From Macrostomum lignano (taxonomy: Eukaryota), in contig NIVC01005161.1 in the NCBI GenBank assembly GCA_002269645.1, forward strand, positions 1 through 24,305: DNA of 24,305 bases, in the 5' to 3' direction. Below are positions 10,081 through 19,944 of the stretch, piece after piece (the first letter of the stretch is position 1; every line of letters begins with the position of its first letter). The translations under genes were made by a program, and so were the position numbers. The notes below the pieces were generated by a model, which worked only from the letters and a program-made list of their open reading frames with translations, was not told where the DNA came from and did not search any database.

Positions 10081-10945
10081 GTATTCGGCACTTCATCAGA
10101 AGTTCTGCAGGGCGCCACGCTGGCGCCGTTTCTCTTCGTGCTGCTGTTGGACTGGGTGCTTTGGACCGCACTCCCCTCGGCTGAAGACGGCTTCCTGCTG
10201 CGCCGACGTATCGGTCGCCGCCACGGCGAAAAGCGCCTGAGCGCGCTTGGCTACGCCGACGACCTCGCCCTCCTGTCCTCGTCCGTCGAAGGCGCCCAGC
10301 GCCAGATCGACAGGCTGGTCGGTCGAGGTGGCATCGAGCGTCAGTCTGGTTGTCAACACGCGCTGAAGATCGAGGTGCTGACTGTGCCGGTCGACATCAC
10401 AGTGCCTCACGTGAAGGAAGAACCTCCGGCGGCTCAGAGGACTTGCCTGGGCGGCCTTCCGTTCGATCCGGGCCGTCCTCAAGTCCGAAGTGCTGCCCGA
10501 ACGCCAGAGGGCTCGGCTGTGGCAGGCGATGGTCGAAACTGTCCTGCTCTACAACGCCGAGACGTGGACGCTGACGGCTACGCTAGAGCGGCAGCTGGAC
10601 TCGGCGCACTCAGGGCTGCTCCGTGCGGCCTTTTGAGCTGACGAGAGCGTCGGGACCGAGGCCCTGTACGATCGGGCCAAGCTGCAGCGCCCGTCCATCA
10701 TCCTGCGCCGGCGGCGACTTCAACTGGAGGGCCACGCGATCCGGGCCGAGGGCTACTGCCCCCAACCTGTTCAGGACGTCCTGCTGCTCACCTTGGAGGC
10801 GTTCTCAGGCGGGGTCAGACCCAAACCTGTCGATACGTGGACTGCCTCCTACGGGACGCCGGGGCGCCCGACACTGCCAACGGGGCGGACTTCGTCCGCT
10901 CTCAGGCTCTGCGGCGCGCGCGCCATCTGACGAACCCTGCTCTAA
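10081..10945 (+). mobile_element. 5'-truncated, disrupted RTE-like non-LTR retrotransposon (RT C-terminal part)
   Basis: SSEVLQGATLAPFLFVLLLDWVL, LGYADDLALL, then in another frame VETVLLYNAETWTLT...QLDSAHSGLLRAAF*...LRRRRLQLEGH; several frameshifts and one stop. Confidence 0.9.
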
Positions 10946-11139
10946 CTGTCACCTTGCATGTGGGGCTGCGTATTTTGTTGTTTTTGTCGCAACTGTCGAA
11001 TTTTATAATAGGAAGCTCACCGGACAATACAATTTAAACTGTCCAAACGCAATAGAACTTGAAAATTTTGTTTATTTTTGCTGTTCATCTTCAATGAAAT
11101 GGCAGGAGTAAGTTTTATTAATAGATTAAAAGCACACGA

Positions 11140-11439
11140 CAGGGACGTCGCCATGAATTTTATGGTGCGGGAAAAGCCCAGAATTCTACATGTAAATGTA
11201 CATGACTAAATTACAACATGTACATTATTTCCGAATCAGTGTTGTCATCGATCATTTTTGCGCCGCAGACACTCATTTTAGTGCCGCAGGCGCAATGTTT
11301 TGTCGCCCTGAAGCAAAATTGATTTCCATAACAGGTCAACAAGGTGGGGTGGGGGGACAAAGCATTGGCATGTTCCCCATAGCTTTTCCCTAGAAGCCAT
11401 AGTCCCCCTAGACTGCCCCCCCCAGTGGCGACGCCCATG
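11140..11439. mobile_element. 300-bp MITE-like element with 14-bp imperfect TIRs
   Basis: CAGGGACGTCGCCA at 11140-11153 versus reverse complement CATGGGCGTCGCCA of 11426-11439 (12/14); subterminal G and C runs; no TSD seen. Confidence 0.6.
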
Positions 11440-12246
11440 ATAAATGGACTATATAGATGATGCACTTACGGGTCGAAGAACTATACATTTTGTATAATTT
11501 ACGACATGCGCTATTGAAATACACACGCGAGACCAGAGTCAAATTTACTTTATTTACCAGCTTAATTTTAAGCAAATATTTTGTTCCAAGTGCTGGAACG
11601 GAGACATTTCGAACTTGTTTGACGACTCTAATTGACGAACTAATTAAACAAGACAAAAAAGATCCAAACAAAATTAATTTTAGCTCATTATTTTTTAGAA
11701 TTAACTCCAGTGTTCATTTATTTCATTTAGAACTTCATCATTTAAACATTAGAATTTAAAAAAGCAATACGAATTTGCCATCTAAAATGACATCTGTGTT
11801 ACAATTCAGGTTAGAATTGAACATGTAAGTTAATTATTAATGAGAATATAGCTTATACCTTTTGCCCTAATACATCATGCGCATTGTCAAGACCTAAGTC
11901 TTGTGATATAAGATAAAAAACAACACTCATCTATATGATGGGTTTCGACCTTTCGGCCCCCTTTTGGGGAAGCCTTCGGGCCTCAGGTCTCAGAAATAAA
12001 TCAATTAGAGTCCTGGCCCCCCCACTCCTGTCAGATGGTCAGCCCCATTGTAGCTTCATCGTGTGGCGAGCAGTCTAGGTTCCATAGCTAAGAGAGGGAC
12101 AGCGAGAGACAAGCAGGGAGAATTTTGAAGGTAGAAATTAGTTAATCCGCAGATTAACTAACCCGCTGCCACCAGCCCGTACGTCCTGGCTCACCACACC
12201 GGGACTCTCGAAATCGGGCTTCCGACAGAAGGGGCTTTGCACTTAC

Positions 12247-12377
12247 CTGCCAACTAGTGTCTTTTTGCTGTCAATCTCGAAGTCATAGCCGATGGTAAGG
12301 GACACTGGTGGGACTTGATCGCATTGGCCATGCAGGAACAGAGGGGACTTGTGCAGGGGATTCTTGCAGTGGCGAGT
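12247..12377 (-). CDS. Internal coding exon of an unidentified gene (TRHCKNPLHKSPLFLHGQCDQVPPVSLTIGYDFEIDSKKTLVG)
   Basis: Acceptor CCCTATAG|, open frame of 43 codons + 2 nt, perfect donor CAG|GTAAGT; coding-like codon usage. Confidence 0.6.
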
Positions 12378-13240
12378 CTATAGGGTAGCTACATGTACTA
12401 TTACATTGCTAAATACGAAGAGTTGTACTTTTGGCCTTCAACGCGCCAACTAGCCTCTCATAGCGCTGATGATAGACTAACTCGAACTTCAGAGACCGCA
12501 TGATTCATTTACCCGAGCCGCTTGGCCACCCTAGAGTGCACAAAGTACATCTCTGGAGCCGATTCTGCACTATTGGCAATTTTGCTCACTGATTTAATAG
12601 ATTGATCGACTGAGAACTGCCTTGCCATTGGTCCACTGTGACCGCGGCGCCTACTTAGCTTAGCTACTCATCTGAGCCATCGGCGAACAAAGAAATAAAA
12701 CCGATAAAAATAACTGTTAGATTCAACCTTCTCCTTAGATGCACTTCACACTTCAGATTGAATTGGAGTTTTAGACTACTAGCAGTATTATTGAATGACT
12801 TCTGCCTCGATTACAGCACTACTGAACAAAATGAGCAAAAGTGTGCGCCTAATCCAGCTACTGAAACAGGGGACAGATAAGGAATCACCGAATCAAGCAA
12901 GTATAGGCAGCCTCTCACCCAACCAATCAGAAACTCAACAGCCGGAGACCAGGTAATCCACGGTGACCGAATCGGCTTAGTGCTTCGCAGCTGTAGGCCC
13001 GGGATGATGCTGATGTCACAATCTTCGCTGATAGCTAGCAGGTGTTGCTCTTCGCTTTGATGTTCACTGCTGATGACCGGGGAGATTCGTCCTTGATGAT
13101 GATGGGGGGAAGTCGCAATCCGAGGATCAAGAAACGACGGTCAATTCCTGGCCGGTGGAGCCAAGGGCAGCACCTTGTCGCAAGAAGGTTTGCAGGGAGT
13201 AGCACCCGGGAATGCCGTCCGAGCGGGCCAAAAACACCGG

Positions 13241-13342
13241 TTTAAATAGCCGCCAATTGGACCGCAGTTTGTTATAATGGGACACGTCGATTCTGATTGG
13301 CTGAGTCGATTTGTTAAAATGAGCGTCGAATTTTCTGATTGG
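13241..13342 (-). promoter_or_regulatory. TATA box plus three CCAAT boxes facing leftwards
   Basis: TATTTAAA (reverse complement of 13241-13248); ATTGG at 13256-60, 13296-300 and 13338-42; CACGTG at about 13366. Confidence 0.55.
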
Positions 13343-15189
13343 CTAAGCTTGTTGCTACCCAGAACCACGTGACCGGGAGATTCTATCAGTTCCCTCGGGG
13401 TCGTAAAAACATGACAGGTGCGGCCATAAATCAATCAAAATCGCAACAAAATGATTTATGACTTTTCGCGTAGGATGGACAGAAATTAATGAAAAAATAT
13501 ACATTAGAAAGCTCATTATTAAGTAGAAGGTGAAGATAATGAAGAGAAATCGCTAATCGCTAATCCCAAAGTACTTTTAGGGGTAAAACGCATAGCTTTC
13601 AAAGCTGTAACACGCTTGAGTGAACACGAACAATAGGCTCTGACCTCTGTCTCCCTAAAATCAAGCATCCCTAGACTGCATGCAAGCATCCCCCAGATAG
13701 CAAGAATCCCCCAAAAAGCAAGCATCCCTGTATACAAAGAATCCTTATAGATAGTCGTCTTTGTTAAAATTTTCTCGCGCCACATCTTGGAGTGTGCACT
13801 CGAATTGAGAACAAGAAAATTTGTATTGCGTAAAACTATGTGTATGAAGTTCTTAAATACTTTAAAAAATCATTTAATTAACGGTTTTTTGTTTTGTGTT
13901 TCATCATTAAGATGTATAACGTACATTTCTTTCTAATGCAGTACAAATTTTGTTTAATGATTTGTATTTTTAAACTAAGTATGCAATTTTTTTACGCAGC
14001 GCGGGCAATCGAACGAGCCCTCCCGCGAAATATATGAAAGTTCAAAAGAAGAGCCAGCCTAACAGGTTTGGACTAGACTGGAAAGGAAAGGAAATAGGAA
14101 GGATATAATTTTAACCATTGGCGTTAACTAAACCCTAAATGCAAGTCAAAGTGCCGCACGCGTTGAACTTAATATATAGACAACTAGCGAACTAGGCAAT
14201 GGCCATAATCTAATCTAATAATTTCGTTACTTTTCTTTAATCTTTATTATAAGGTTAGTAGGCCATGGCATAGGCCACGGTAGGTGGAGCATCAAAACTC
14301 AGATTTAAGAGTTTCAAATATTTACTAGAAAATGGGCCTATCATTTTCACATTTGGATTGATTTTGAAATCAGTTTGGTTAGGCCTAGGCTGGCAATGGC
14401 TAGAGTTATGGCCTGGTTTCTAATGGCTATGGATCTGGAAGTGGTATTCCAGTAGTGCAATTTATGGGTATAGTACAGCAGAAACATTTTACTTTTTTAA
14501 TGGGTGGTTGATATTATTGGGATTTTGTTAGCTCTAGTGGCTAAATGGTATAAGATAATTCATAATAGAGATTCTCTATAATAAAAAGCTTATATTCAAT
14601 AGAAAATATATTTTTGAGCAAGCTGCACCAAAATAGTCAATTTGGTCCATTTCAATTGAAATAGTTATATACAAATATTGGCTAACTAGGCTTTCAAAAT
14701 TAAAACAGTAGGAGAAACAATAAAGCCATGTGTTTATCTATGTTTATGTTTATTTAAAATAAAGAATCATTGTATAACTTAAAATTGAAATGGTAATTAT
14801 GAAGTATCACAGTTTATTAATCAAAGAGTATTGACTTTTACTTTTATTATTTACTTTAAATAGAACTTCTCTTATATTCATAGTGTCTAACAATAGACTA
14901 ACCAATTGCTTAGTCATCTTGAACTTAATACTTTCAACTGCAATATTGCTTAGAGGTATGCAATGAAATATAGCAGAACTTGATGCTCAACCACTAATAG
15001 GATAAATTAAGCTTAGCCACTTGTATAGTCATTAACTATTAGATTTCTAATAGACTAAATCTAAATAGAATAATTATCAATTGAAAAGTTTTACTACCAA
15101 AAAAGATTATTGATAACAATTTTTTACTTTGCTATGCAATGTTATTAGAGCAATGTAAACAAAATTCAAAAATATTTGTCAACTTTTGT

Positions 15190-15870
15190 TCTAGGCACTT
15201 GGCAAAAAGGTAGTAGTTGATAGGTACAATATCTAGGCTTATAAGTTGGGTAGGGATGAATCTCCCAACCCAACATTAGCAGCTTCTTGAACATCAATTG
15301 AGCCTTATTGCATTTTCTTATAGCAGGACAACTTTGCAACATTCTTGAAGCACTTTTTGGTCAAAGCATATTGCAGAATCTAGCTGCTGATTGTAGTTGG
15401 CAGTGATAATCTGGTTCTTGAATATCAGCTCCCATATGATGACTCTCTTAGTATTCTAGAAAATGGATAGCATGACTTTCTTGGGATGAAGCTTGCTCAC
15501 TGGCTTCTATTTTATTTTTATTGATGCCATACTGCTGTTGCTAGCAATTGATAGTGATGTAGTGGTACCACTTTTTATCCCCATGTTGTCCAACCAAGTA
15601 GCTTGTTGCAATTGACTGAGATGTTTAATGTTTACCTTCATGTGGCACTCCAGGTCATGGGCTCCTAGCTAGTATGGCACCTAGCACCCAAGTTTGGCTT
15701 CTATAATTAGTGGTGATTGGTGATTGTTGTCCAATGCATATTCAGTTGGTCAGCCAACTTATGCATCATCTGCTGGTTGTTCTTATAAGGAGCATCTCTA
15801 TAGAATTTATTGAGCTTGGGCAGATACTCCATTGCAAGTGTTATCCTTGAGCATACAATTGTTGTTAACC
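15190..15870 (-). mobile_element. Heavily decayed mariner (Tc1/mariner) transposase
   Basis: Motifs in the correct order: KLADQLNMHWTTITNH (HTH), GVPHE (WVPHEL), GDKKWY (TGDEKW), KLHPKKVMLSIF*N (LHPKKVMLCVWWD), KVVLL*ENA (VILLHDNA), GWEIHPYPTY/SLDIVPINYYLF (GWEVLPHPPYSPDLAPSDYHLF); many stops and shifts. Confidence 0.8.
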
Positions 15871-16073
15871 CTATTTATACCTTAAAGAAATATACGTATA
15901 AACTCTAAGAAAAACTTTAAATATCCTTTAATTTTTTGATGACATACACAACAACTTCCTGGCTGGAGACCTTTCATGCTTCATGTTGGATCATTTACAT
16001 GACATTCAATCTGTAGTTAAAGCAAACTGGAAGCAACTTGAAGAAGAAATTCTTTGTGCATTAGGCCAGTGTG

Positions 16074-16544
16074 ACCCACAGATACTAGAATAACTAGATG
16101 GGCCACTCAGCACATTTGCCTGTAAGCTACTTTCAGTTCAGTAGTGTGTTAAACAGAACCATTTTAATGTATTTTTAAAGACAAGTCTCATTTATTGGCT
16201 CTTACCAACCTCATGGTCATGGGCCCCCAATTTAAAACCTTAAACTGCGCCTTTCTACACTGCCCCCCGCCTTGCCCCAATTTTTATTGCCTTCCTCGGA
16301 ATTCCAGCCTAAACTGCCATGTACATTTCAGTGGACTGGCTAATGTACATTATTGCTGAACCAATTAGCAAATTCTTTACACCTGCAAGCTTGGGCTTCT
16401 AAACTTATCAAAGTCGTTTCAGCTGGCTTTATTTTTATGAAATAGCTTATGTATTCTTCTTTGCTACTAAACTGAAAGTAGAAAGCTGTTTTACCAAGTA
16501 TATGTGCCTGAGTGGCCCATCTAGCCATTTTAGTATCTGTGGGT
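16074..16544. repeat. Diverged inverted duplication of about 70-80 bp (16074-16144 versus 16464-16544)
   Basis: ACCCACAGATACTAGAATAACTAGATGGGCCACTCAG versus reverse complement ACCCACAGATACTAAAATGGCTAGATGGGCCACTCAG, and again at CTACTTTCAGTT(C/T)AGTAG. Confidence 0.8.
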
Positions 16545-17173
16545 TGTGTGACCTGAAAGATGGTAACTGTGTCCATTGATCCATGCTACAATGAGCATGT
16601 GTCCAGTGAAAATGGTCTTTTGATGACAGTATGTGCCCAAGCTCATATGATATGCAATGGTAGTCCATCGTGGTAACCATTCTATTAATTATATTGGTGC
16701 CAGTCTTGGTTACATTGCAGTGCTGGGCCAGCTCTGGCTTGTTCTTTGGAGGCACACGTTGGCTGACATGGTGATTAGTAGACAACAGAATTACAGTCAT
16801 CTGTTTGCTTGCAGTATTTACGACTGTAAAAAACTCCAGATGACTTGGTCTCCTGTTGTCTTTAAACTGAGGTGACAAGCCCTTGGCAATCGTGTGTCAC
16901 GGTTCCAAGAAGAGTTATTTTTTATTTTAGAGTGCTGCGGCCACCATTGGGCTTAGTACTCGTAAAAAGGTCAGCAGTAATGTTTACCCAGAATCTTTTG
17001 AAAATGTCAGATAGATGGATCAACACTTGCTCGCTACTTAAGTATTTGCTGACGCCATCGTTCTCCACTTTCATCAGTAGGTTGTTGTCTGCGGCGTACA
17101 ATTCTGGCTTGTACACAATGAAGTGTCGCTGTATTTCGAGCAGTTGTTGCAGTGAAAGACTTAACGCCATTTC

Positions 17174-17258
17174 TGGCTGGCCTCCTAGATCTAGTTGCTG
17201 GGCCTGTCTCCCAGATCCTTAATTGCTGGGCCAGCCTCTCAGATCCTCAGTTGCTGGG
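17174..17258. repeat. Three degenerate units of the 28-bp minisatellite found in the RPS19 intron
   Basis: TTGCTGGGCCAGCCTCTCAGATCCTCAGTTGCTGGG is nearly identical to the 19081-19809 unit. Confidence 0.85.
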
Positions 17259-17879
17259 CTCATCGATACAGATGCAAGCTCCTGAAGAGCTCGATTGCCA
17301 TAGATTGGATCCATGGCAGCCCTTGAAATCTGGCTTTTGCGACCTTTAAACGAGATACAACTGCATATTTGCAAAAAAAATGTTTCTAGGGAGAAGCCAC
17401 CTGTCACCAAAAAGGCGTATTTTGGATGACAGTGTGAGGCTCATTTTGGGTCGATAAACCAAATTTGCTATGCACTTTCATTATGCATGTTCTGACGCGT
17501 GAGCAGCTAACACAGTGCTCCAATGAAGCTTTCCATTTCAACAATATCACAGTCTTCAAAGTCACTGCCCCAAGTCTGTAATGGCCAGTCCTATTTGTTG
17601 CTTTGATAATTTCTTCAGCAGTATCTCTAGGCAAAAAAATAGGACGCATTTCGTTGCCGGCTCAAAAGAGAGAAGTTTGGGTTATTCTGCGACTCTAAAT
17701 GCAGCACAGAATCGCTTGGCCATTGCCTTGGAGGCGGATGTTGAGTGCTATAGCTAAATTAATGATTTGGCAGAGGCTTGATCTCATAAACTAAATGTAG
17801 TTTTGACAGCTGAAAGTGTTTTGTGGCGACTTTTTTAGACTTAAAGTTTTGAGACCGCATCTGTGTACGCAGTGCTCAG

Positions 17880-18062
17880 CACGATGGATGAAAGCTTGAA
17901 AAGAGGTATTTTAGGACCGCAGGCGATGTTCCAGCCACAGTGGTAACGTCGTCCGCGTTGCCGACCTTTGTACCGGTTCTAGATTTGGGCTGCTGAGCAG
18001 CTCGTCCATGACCAGGTTCAAGAGAACCGGGCTGATGCCTCAACCTTGCGGTCGACCTTTCT
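17880..18062 (-). mobile_element. Decayed non-LTR reverse transcriptase fragment (R1/I-group-like motif style)
   Basis: KGRPQG*GISPVLLNLVMDELL followed after a frameshift by VGNADDVTTVAG (YADD box mutated to NADD). Confidence 0.7.
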
Positions 18063-18416
18063 AGACATTCACAGAATGGGAGTGTCCGAGGAGGTACAAA
18101 GTCTAGCTTACTATCTTGTAGTTATTTAGGAAATAATCTAGTCTGACTAGCTATTTAGCATGGCCATATCCTAGGATCCTATTCTAGCCTCAAAAGTGTT
18201 GCCTACTGAAGCACTACTATGCGATTCTATAGGTGGCTTATGGGGCCATATCTGTCACTTTCTAATGCACCGTTACTTTGAAAGTGAAGGAACTACAAGT
18301 ATTATATGCATTTGAATTTTTCAACTGTTTGTAATAACTCAAAACTTGACTCGACTCGTCGAGCACAGCTCAACTGAGTACTCGTACTTATCAATTACAA
18401 ATAATTCTAATATTGC

Positions 18417-18650
18417 ATGGCTCAAGCACCAGCCAAAGACCCACACCAGTTTGTGGGCGTCAAGGATGTTAACCAGCAGAAGCTGGTCCGGGCTCTGGCC
18501 GCCTTCCTGAAGAAGACCGGCAAACTGCCCGTGCCTGAATGGGCTGACGTTGTCAAACTGTCAGCCGCCAACGAACTGGCCCCCAGCGACTCCGATTGGT
18601 TTTACGTGCGCGCCGGCTCTATTCTGCGCCATTTGTACATCCGTGCCCCG
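18417..18650 (+). CDS. RPS19: 40S ribosomal protein S19 (eS19), exon 1 (78 codons)
   Basis: [34 protein letters not shown]...[22 protein letters not shown]; phase-0 donor GTGCGT at 18651. Confidence 0.95.
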
Positions 18651-18689
18651 GTGCGTTGCGCGACTTTTTATAATTTGCTAGGATTTTTT

Positions 18690-19038
18690 TAGAGGCAGGG
18701 GGTTTTGTGCACCCTGTCGCACTTTAAGCGACATGGCACACAACCGGCGAGAGGCATTACTGCCCATTCCGCCGACTCCCCTGAGCAGGCATACAAGCGC
18801 GCGGATACGTACGCAGGCACACACTCACACAGGAGTGTACAGCGGCCCTAACTTTATATTATCGTTAGGCATGTACACTTCACTGCGCCTTGGGGGGTTG
18901 GCTCTCAAGGCCGTTAATTGCACGAGCAGAGCCAAGCCGAGATTCCAATTCAGCCCCAAATTAATGTGACTGCACTTGAAATCGAGCCTGGGTCGCTGGC
19001 ACACCAGAGCAGCTGCGCTACCGCTGGGCTACTATCCT
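18690..19038 (-). mobile_element. tRNA-derived SINE-like element, most complete copy C, antisense in the RPS19 intron
   Basis: Pol III A box TAGCCCAGCGG (19022-19032), degenerate B box GGCTCGATTTC (18978-18988) at tRNA-like spacing, then the shared core and an A-rich end. Confidence 0.7.
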
Positions 19039-19080
19039 ATTTGCTAGGATAGTAGTAATCGATTGTTACGGCGGCATAAC

Positions 19081-19809
19081 CTCTAGAACCTCAGTTGCTG
19101 AGCCAGCCTCCCAGAAGCTCAGTTGTTAGGCCAGCCTCCCAGATCCTCAGTTGTTGGGCCAGCCTCCCAGATCCTCAGTTGCAGGGCCAGCCTCCCAGAT
19201 CCTCAGTTGCTGGGCCAGCCTCTTTAATCTTCTGTTGTTAGGCCAGCCTCCCAGATCCTCAGTTGCTGGGCCAGCCTCTTTAATCTTCTGTTGTTAGGCC
19301 AGCCTCCAGATCCTCAGTTGCTGGGCCAGCCTCCCAGATCCTCAGTTGCTGGGCCAGCCTCCCAGATCCTCAGTTGCTGGGCCAGCCTCCCAGATCCTCA
19401 GTTGCTGGGCCAGCCTCCCAGATCCTCAGTTGCTGTGCCAGCCTCCCAGATCCTCAGTTGCTGGGCCAGCCTCTTTAATCTTCTGTTTTTAGGCCAGCCT
19501 CCCAGATCCTCAGTTGCTGAGCCACCCTCCTAGATCGTCAGTTGCTGAGCCACCCTCCCAGATCCTCAGTTGCTGAGCCACCCTCCTAGATCCTCAGTTG
19601 CTGGGCCAGCCTCCCAGATCCTCAGTTGCTGAGCCACCCTCCTAGATCCTCAGTTGCTGGGCCAGCCTCCCAGATCCTCAGTTGCTGAGCCACCCTCCCA
19701 GATCCTCAGTTGCTGAGCCACCCTCCCAGATCCTCAGTTGCTGAGCCACCCTCCTAGATCGTCAGTTGCTGGGCCACCCTCCCAGATCCTCAGCTGCCGG
19801 GCCACCCTC
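19081..19809. repeat. 28-bp minisatellite (CCTCAGTTGCTGGGCCAGCCTCCCAGAT), about 25 copies, in the RPS19 intron
   Basis: Period 28 checked at 19145/19173/19201; a longer CTTTAATCTTCTG variant occurs three times; GAGCCACCC variants dominate the right part. Confidence 0.97.
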
Positions 19810-19944
19810 GATTGTCACACCGCATGCAGACCCATTTGTTGCATTTGATGAAAAAATACGAAACAAACAATAAGAAAAACCAATAAATACTCTACTCACA
19901 TAAAGGCAGTAGTGTAATACGCAAATTTTGTCTAATTTCTGCAG

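Noticed and set aside
14183-14206. Helitron 3' terminus (ACTAG plus decayed hairpin) near the edge of the CpG-free block
   Set aside because: The hairpin can only be formed by assuming several mutations; CTAG is common here.
16447-17170. Integrase-like (W..I..D..T, HNPQ) or HExxH-like (SYELGHIL) motifs
   Set aside because: Motif spacing does not fit and key residues are missing; no family could be supported.
18411-18419. TATTGCATG at the RPS19 start resembles the 3' end of a flatworm spliced leader as I recall it
   Set aside because: Only 9 nt including the ATG, upstream bases diverge, and the gene has an intron so it is not a processed copy.
18733-18830. HDV-like ribozyme in the SINE core (GGCGGAATGGGC resembles HDV J4/2-P2)
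   Set aside because: P1.1 cannot form and P1/P2 rely on many wobble pairs not conserved across the three copies.
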